Assembly (NCBI GenBank): GCA_949358305.1
Contig: OX442314.1
Location: 6,510,001 to 6,574,000, forward strand
Length of the DNA: 64,000 nt
DNA from: Strigamia acuminata
Taxonomy: Eukaryota
Reading direction: 5' to 3'
In this document: piece after piece, positions 57,897-64,000 of the stretch
Numbering within the stretch: position 1 is the stretch's first letter
Layout: each line of letters starts with the position of its first letter
Translations under genes and position numbers: made by a program
The notes under the pieces: model-generated
Database searches by the model: none
Told to the model about the DNA's origin: nothing
Seen by the model: the letters and a program-made list of their open reading frames with translations, nothing else

Positions 57897-58915
57897 GGGC
57901 CTTGCCTAAATTACCTAACGTCTTGGGGGGATAATTTTTATTATGTAATTTTCCAGGGAAGGGGCTTTTGAATGTACCCCCAACACTTTCGAATGCACCC
58001 CCAACATAATCCAAACTTTATGCCGTTGTGTTCTCATTGTGTACACAATGCTGGCTTCGCTTTTGATGGTCCTCTGGTGGCACAACAAGGAAATTCTCGA
58101 TAATAGCTATTCCTAAAATTTTTTTGCAAATGTAAGTCTTTGAAACACAGGGCATGTGCATGTTTCCATACTCCATTCCACCATTGGCAATCCTAACATG
58201 CCACACACTACTTCTTGCATGGATGTATATGTCAAATTGGCGCCAGCATTTGCATTCCTCATGATAAATGTATTTGTTAATATTGTTATCGCTTAAGTTC
58301 GGTTGTCCACTAGGGGTGATGTAGAACGCTTTACATGTTCGCGTTCACAGACAATCACACTCGGTTTCGACCTCTTCCAATTGTAGCCGTCCGTGTAATG
58401 CTGCAAAGACACAGATGGCATCACGGCAAACTTCTTGACATTGACAGATTCCATGTTCTTCTCCAATGACCAACATCTCACCACTTTCTTTAGTTTAACA
58501 ATGGTGTCAATGGGTACATTCAGTACATGGGGTACATTCGTAAGTGTTGGGGGTACAGTCGTACGACGTAAGTGTTGGGGGTACTGTCGTACAACGTAAG
58601 TGTTGGGGGTACAGTCGTAAGTGTTGGGGGTACATTCGTAAGTGTTGGGGATACATTCGTAAGTGTTGGGGGCAGTGTGCTAACAAGCGGGGGTTAATTT
58701 GTTGGGGGGGGGGGTAAAAATATTAGGGGTAAGTATACTTAGGGGATTCTTGAGTTTATTTGGGAGGGTTGGGGTTAGGGAGAAATTAAATCAATTTAGG
58801 GGGAAAATGAGTCATAAATTGGGGGTCTTTAAATCGAATCCGTTGTTTTTAATTCTAGCATTGATATTATTTTTAGTCAACATAAACACAACATTACGTA
58901 ATTTAGGGACAGCCC
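57897..58915. mobile_element. Degenerate TIR element (possibly PIF/Harbinger-like) in an ENaC intron
   Basis: Imperfect TIRs GGGCCTTGCCTAAATTAC / GTAATTTAGGGACAGCCC and inverted subterminal AAGTGTTGGGGGTAC arrays (57970-58005 and 58540-58672). The TSD is not clean. Confidence 0.6.
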
Positions 58916-60249
58916 TTATTACATGTTAGAAAATGCTGAAATGAAGCAGGTAGATCCTAGGAATGCTTTTCATTATTGGCTAGAAAATAATTCTCTTTTC
59001 TGCTGATAATTATTAATTTAATTCTTACTTTTTGAACTCGGATTGCAACTGTTTGTTTACCATACTTCATTGATAGGAAGTGCGTTGCGTCGACGTGTAT
59101 ATGATAAACGACTGCTGATGGATCTATTAACAGCTTGAAATTGAATACAATTGTTTCAAGAATGATTATCTAATTTTATTATGTCACAATTCTGGAAGCT
59201 ACAAAGCTCAGTTTAAGATATAAATCTAGTTGTGTAATTTTGTGGCTGCCAGAAATACTAAACAAATTGTGACAGTTGTTGACGAAATTAAATACAGCTG
59301 ACTGGATGGCGTTATATCCGGACTACACAGAGTGCATTACTTACCCAGACATTGCTACAACCCTTGGAAAAATTTAAGTGTATCACCATCTTATAAGCAG
59401 CACTCCCATATGGAAACGACATTGCTGAGGAAAAAAACAACCTCTAACAATAAATATAACAGGAAATGTTGTTGACTTACGGCTGGAAAATGTCATTTTC
59501 ACATTTTTCGGCTGAGAGATATCGTTTTTGGCAGGAAAAATGGCATTTCAGGGCGGAAAAAATGGCATTTTAGGTATGCCAGAGTGGATCACCGTCGATA
59601 GATTGAGGAACGTTTTATACTAGCCCGCACCCATGTGTATTGGGCCGCTTGTATTTTTTGATGTTGCAAAAAAGAAAATCGTAAATTTCAAACTCAAAAA
59701 AAAGTTTTTTATCAAAATAAATTAATGCAACTTGTAGGACAAACATTGGGCTTTATTTTTAAAAAAAAATAAAATTTTAACTTAAATGGGCCAAAAGTTA
59801 TGGCCATTTGAATTTACGCCACTTGGCACAAGTGTATTGGGCCACCACGCTAATTGCCTCAAGTGAGTTGGGCCGGCAGAAAAAGCTTAGCACCACATCC
59901 AAAAAATCACACAAAAAACCGGTTTCTTCAGAAAATCATTGTTTATTTGAACAATACTTTACAATATTTTGTTGGATAACCAAAATTTTGTACCAGCAAG
60001 GGCAGTAGTGCCCTGTGCTGACTCTGCTCTCTTCCCCATTCACCACTGTGACCTCAGTAGTGATGATGGATCCACTGCAGTTTCCATGAGCGTTTACATG
60101 GGCTGTACTGGTAAGTACAGCGGAATGTTTATGTTAAACTGGCCACGTCTCCTATGGGGATCATTCCCTGTGCGTGACGGGTCGGTTGCTGGTGTACCGA
60201 GCCTTCATGGCACTGCAACACGGGTAGATGGGAGACTCCAACCCATAGA

Positions 60250-60748
60250 CTGACGGATTAAAGGCCAACAACCAAACAATTTGTACTCCCTGTCTAGTTA
60301 ATTACATGAGTAAGCGTCCCCCCGCCGTGGTAACCATTTTCCAGACTGCCATGGCGAAGACCATACCAGTCACACAATATTCTTGATAGGATTACTGGAT
60401 TAACCACTGCCTTAATAGGTACATTGGTCTCCGGAATCCTTCCAATCCCTGAAGACAGGATCCAGATACACAGGAAACTTTCCTTATTAATGGAATCCCA
60501 GGTGTTCAACAGGAACTGGATACACAGGACGTAGCTCTCTTTTAGGAGAGAACAAGAACTCTGTGCAAGTGCGAGGGGTTGGCTTCATCCCTTAATTTAG
60601 CTTTAAGATAAATTCACGAATATTATCATAAAACAGCTAAAAATAAATATTACTTATATAAATATATTATAAAAGCATATTCTGGCTTTAAATTAAGATA
60701 AAACATGATTTTAGTCAATTATTTGAGATAAACAGCATGATTGTCACA
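60250..60748 (-). repeat. Solo or partial LTR related to the A/B LTR promoter region
   Basis: Starts TGTGAC on the minus strand and contains TATCCAGTTCC and GGGATTGGAAGGATT blocks shared with the A and B LTRs. The left boundary is uncertain. Confidence 0.5.
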
Positions 60749-61967
60749 AACTTAACTGACTAGTTTATCCATAGAAGAGGTGACACCAGATGAGGGACTT
60801 AATTGTTTTAATTTTGGTGGTTTCGATTTTTGGTTGTTGGCCAAAATCAAAATTTTCACATATTTACTTGTCTTCAGAAAGATTACTTGAACACTGGTGT
60901 GCAAATGATGACTTGAACTTGGAATAAGACAGCAGATGAGTAAAATATAAATTTGTTTGTTTCTAACATCATATAGTTGTCTTGTGAGATATCTTAGAAC
61001 AACTTGGCTCGGCTGACACTAAATATCTACAATTGCTTTCTTCTGAATGCAAAGAGAAAAACAAGTTAGTCAATTATTCATTTTATGATGATGTTTATGC
61101 ATCGTAAAAAAAGCCAATGAATTATATTTCCGGTGTTTTTGAAATCATTACTTGAGAGTTTTTACGACATGAAAGTGGTTCTGTTTTTATTACACAACAA
61201 ACATCAATAATATTTTGCAAAGAAATATGACTGTCTACAACACAGTTGACAAGGATCAAGTGAGCAACATTTGTTAAAAATGAAAATGAAATATATTTAA
61301 TACACCTTCCACATTGCCGATTATAGAACAGTGAACTCACCGAGGAACTCCCTGTTTCCAAGAAACTGCACTGTCTTCAGGGAGGAAAAAATCCGGTCGG
61401 ATCAAGGTTGATCAGCGCCCAGTCTGATTCTGCGATTATGTGAACCTGACATCTAGGCAACTGAATAAAGGCCTAATAAACAATAAACTAGTATGTACCT
61501 CACCCAGGCATGCGATCAGGTCTGAAGACTGTGGTGTGCCTCGTGGTTTTGCAACAACAACCGCCATCTTTTTTTTGGCCCATGCGCAACTAAACATTCT
61601 TTTATTATATCTGCTCAAGACTTGGGCATAGGTTTCTGCAACCATGCCCTGATCGTGCGCTGTGATTGGAGCTGTTGGTGCTGGTTGGGATTGTCCAACC
61701 TCACCATTGTTTGATATTGCGCTTTTGGGTGTTGGTTGGGCGGACCCAACTACACCTGACTCCAGTTGACTTGGTGTTGATGTCGGCTCTTTGAGATAAG
61801 CCGCGCACATGGAATGTTCGAACGCTGGTCGCTTTTGTCAAGAAGGTGCCAAAATACAACGGGAATAAATGTGCCTATGGGGGCCGCCGAAATACTACCT
61901 TTCACAAAGGCCCGTTTCTCCCTCACCTATGAGGCGGCTGAGCATTTTGTGGGGTATATGATCCTAC

Positions 61968-63227
61968 TTTAGTGAATATTAGGTAGTTAGAAATTTTGTT
62001 AAGAAGAAATTATACCTTACTTATACCTTACTTATCTTAATGCCAACTGAGACATGTATTGTGGATAGAATAATAACTGTCGTACTTGAAACCTTAATCG
62101 TTGTAATGTAGTGTCTAATGTTCTCTCATACAGTTACCACAGGAATAACGATTTTGTTTCTGATCTTAGGTCTGACAGTTCTTGTCTGCAGTTAATTCTA
62201 CCTTAGCAGTTTTACTCATGGTTTATTTACACATTTAATAATTTAATAATATATTATCATGGTGACAGTTTGACAACAAAAGTGTTAACGATGATTGCCA
62301 CTAGAATGCGATGTACCATGATAAGCTAAAATACGAAGTTTGACTATAACAATTATGGTTGATATTTTGGATTTTGACATTATTTTGCCATCGGAGATCT
62401 CAGCAGTGGCAAGTAATGTCTTTTTTTTTTTTTTTTTTTTTTTTACTGTTTGTAGTGTTCGGATGTTGATTTGGGTGCTTGAGCTCGTTGGCTGGTCCCT
62501 AGCCTCCGATGCAGACTGGATGAAATTTTCCAGCTGACAGTTTTACAGGCTCAGGTCAGCTGGGTGTCATGGCGGCTAGCTGGACCTGTTTAACGAATTT
62601 TGCTAGAAAATTCGGGCTGAGCCAACTAGGCTGGTCAGCCGCCGCCGCGCCGACGCTACAATCTTGTGCGGTTGACTGAGCTGCCAGCCGCCGACCGCCG
62701 GTAACAAGCCAGACTCGAGCCGCCGCCGTCTATTAGCAACCAGCGAGATTAGCCGCCGCCGACAAATTCAGCCCGGTGCACACCTCTAGTTTGTTAACCA
62801 ATTTTAGGCACGAATGTATACTTTGTTTAACTTTTAGAAATAATTCAGAGGAGCTATGACCCAAATTTAGTGAATATTAGTTAGTTAGAAATTTTGTTAA
62901 GAAGAAATTATACCGTACCTTACTTATCTTAATGCACAGCTCGGCAAACTGAGTCATGTATTTGTGAACCGAATAATAAGTATCGTACCTGAAGCCTTAA
63001 CCGTTCTAATGTCTCATGTTTTCTCATACAGTTGCCAGAGAAATAACGATTATGTTTCTGATCTTAGGTCTGACAGTTCTTGTTGCAGTTAATTCTACCT
63101 TAGCCGTTTAGCTCGTAGTTTATTTACACGTTGAATAATATATTACCAAGGTGACGGTTTGACAACCATAATGTTACAATTATTGCCACTAGAATGTAGT
63201 ATACCATGATATAACAAGAAGTTTGAC
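61968..63227. repeat. Diverged ~370-bp direct repeat (61968-62346 and 62866-63227)
   Basis: Both copies run TTTAGTGAATATTAG...GATCTTAGGTCTGACAGTTCTTG...GAAGTTTGACT with scattered mismatches. Confidence 0.75.
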
Positions 63228-63475
63228 TTATTGTTAACACATTAATTTCACATATATTCTTACATTACCAATTGATTTTATTTATTTTAGATCCGTTTTT
63301 GCACGTTTTATCGCCTGCTCTGTTATTAAATCCACAGTTTTCCTTGATGTAGTCCTGGTCATACTGCATTCTGTAGAAATTGTGTGGTTGCTTTTTTGAG
63401 TCGCTTCTCGGCTTAACACGAGTTCGATGCGCTTGCAATGTTGGTCGAAAGATCTCAGCTTTTCATAGGCCAGTG

Positions 63476-64000
63476 TGTGATGATTACAAATCCGTATTTA
63501 TCAATGTTCACAATAGATGGCGCTGTTTACAACACGCGCGTAATTCAAACTCGATAAAACTAAAAAGTGTGATAAATAATTATTTAGACACGGTGAATAA
63601 AATAAGACTATTTTATTCGATATAAACTAAGTATTATTTACTTGACAATGTTGATTCTATCGAATCAATATCTACATTACTTACCTGTCGAAGGGAACCA
63701 ATCGGACCCTTTCGGACCCCAACTGGGCCCATCTGGACATAGTCATATATTAGGTCCGGACTAGTGACCCACGAATCCGTTGATTCGTACGCTGATTGGC
63801 TGTCGCCAATCTAGTAGTTCTACAGAACTATATAAGCATCAGTTTCTCACCCACTCATCCCCCTGGCTTGATAACTGAACACGTATATTGTCTGTAGTTG
63901 AATTGTTATCGTTTGATTTCATTATTCTCTATCGACACATCAGGCCACCTCAGCTCTCCACAGTTAGTATTCATTACTATTTTGTTATTGCTGTTGTAGG
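63476..64000 (+). repeat. Start of another family-C LTR in the opposite orientation, running off the window
   Basis: Reverse complement of ~55030-55552 with several substitutions, beginning TGTGATGATTAC. Confidence 0.93.

Larger units (their letters stand above)
55557..59424 (-). pseudogene. DEG/ENaC (pickpocket/ASIC-like) channel gene, multi-exon, probably damaged
   Basis: Phase-compatible exons 59424-59345, 59169-59029, 57855-57764, 57618-56830, 56027-55937 and ~55886-55648. Contains a Cys-rich thumb, the TM2 signature LLCDIGGNLGLYFGMSCLSLIE, then FPLIIAC and CTAFN motifs. There is a 1-nt frameshift near 57054 and an in-frame TAG near 55798. Confidence 0.85.

Noticed and set aside
61122..61810. 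ORFs as ENaC exons or LINE ORF1
   Set aside because: I found no diagnostic motifs or convincing splice phase links.

Overview
AT-rich eukaryotic DNA, probably from an arthropod. This is inferred from spliceosomal introns, metazoan tRNA primer sites and an MBD-bearing Copia of a type known from centipedes and spiders. The window is a minus-strand DEG/ENaC (pickpocket-like) channel locus, with exons at about 12.1-13.0 kb and 55.6-59.4 kb, buried under a nest of very young LTR retrotransposons. From left to right: (H) the 3' end of a Gypsy-like element whose ~930-codon accessory ORF is split by (M) an intact Copia carrying a methyl-CpG-binding domain between IN and RT (1588-8840, TSD TAAAG); (A) an intact tRNA-Gln-primed Gypsy on the minus strand (14340-29474, TSD GTTT); a decayed Copia that is split by (B) a non-autonomous LTR element (30695-40127, TSD CACA); and (C) a second Gln-primed Gypsy on the minus strand with a deleted integrase core (40577-55552, TSD TATT). 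Several MITEs are nested inside these. The most notable candidates are: a conserved non-env, Cys-rich third gene shared by A and C; a satellite element B that shares A's cis signals and encodes a duplicated Gag N-terminal module plus an eIF4E-binding-like motif; and a DEG/ENaC reading frame that runs from TM2 directly into a second channel domain. All calls were read by eye and no database searches were run.
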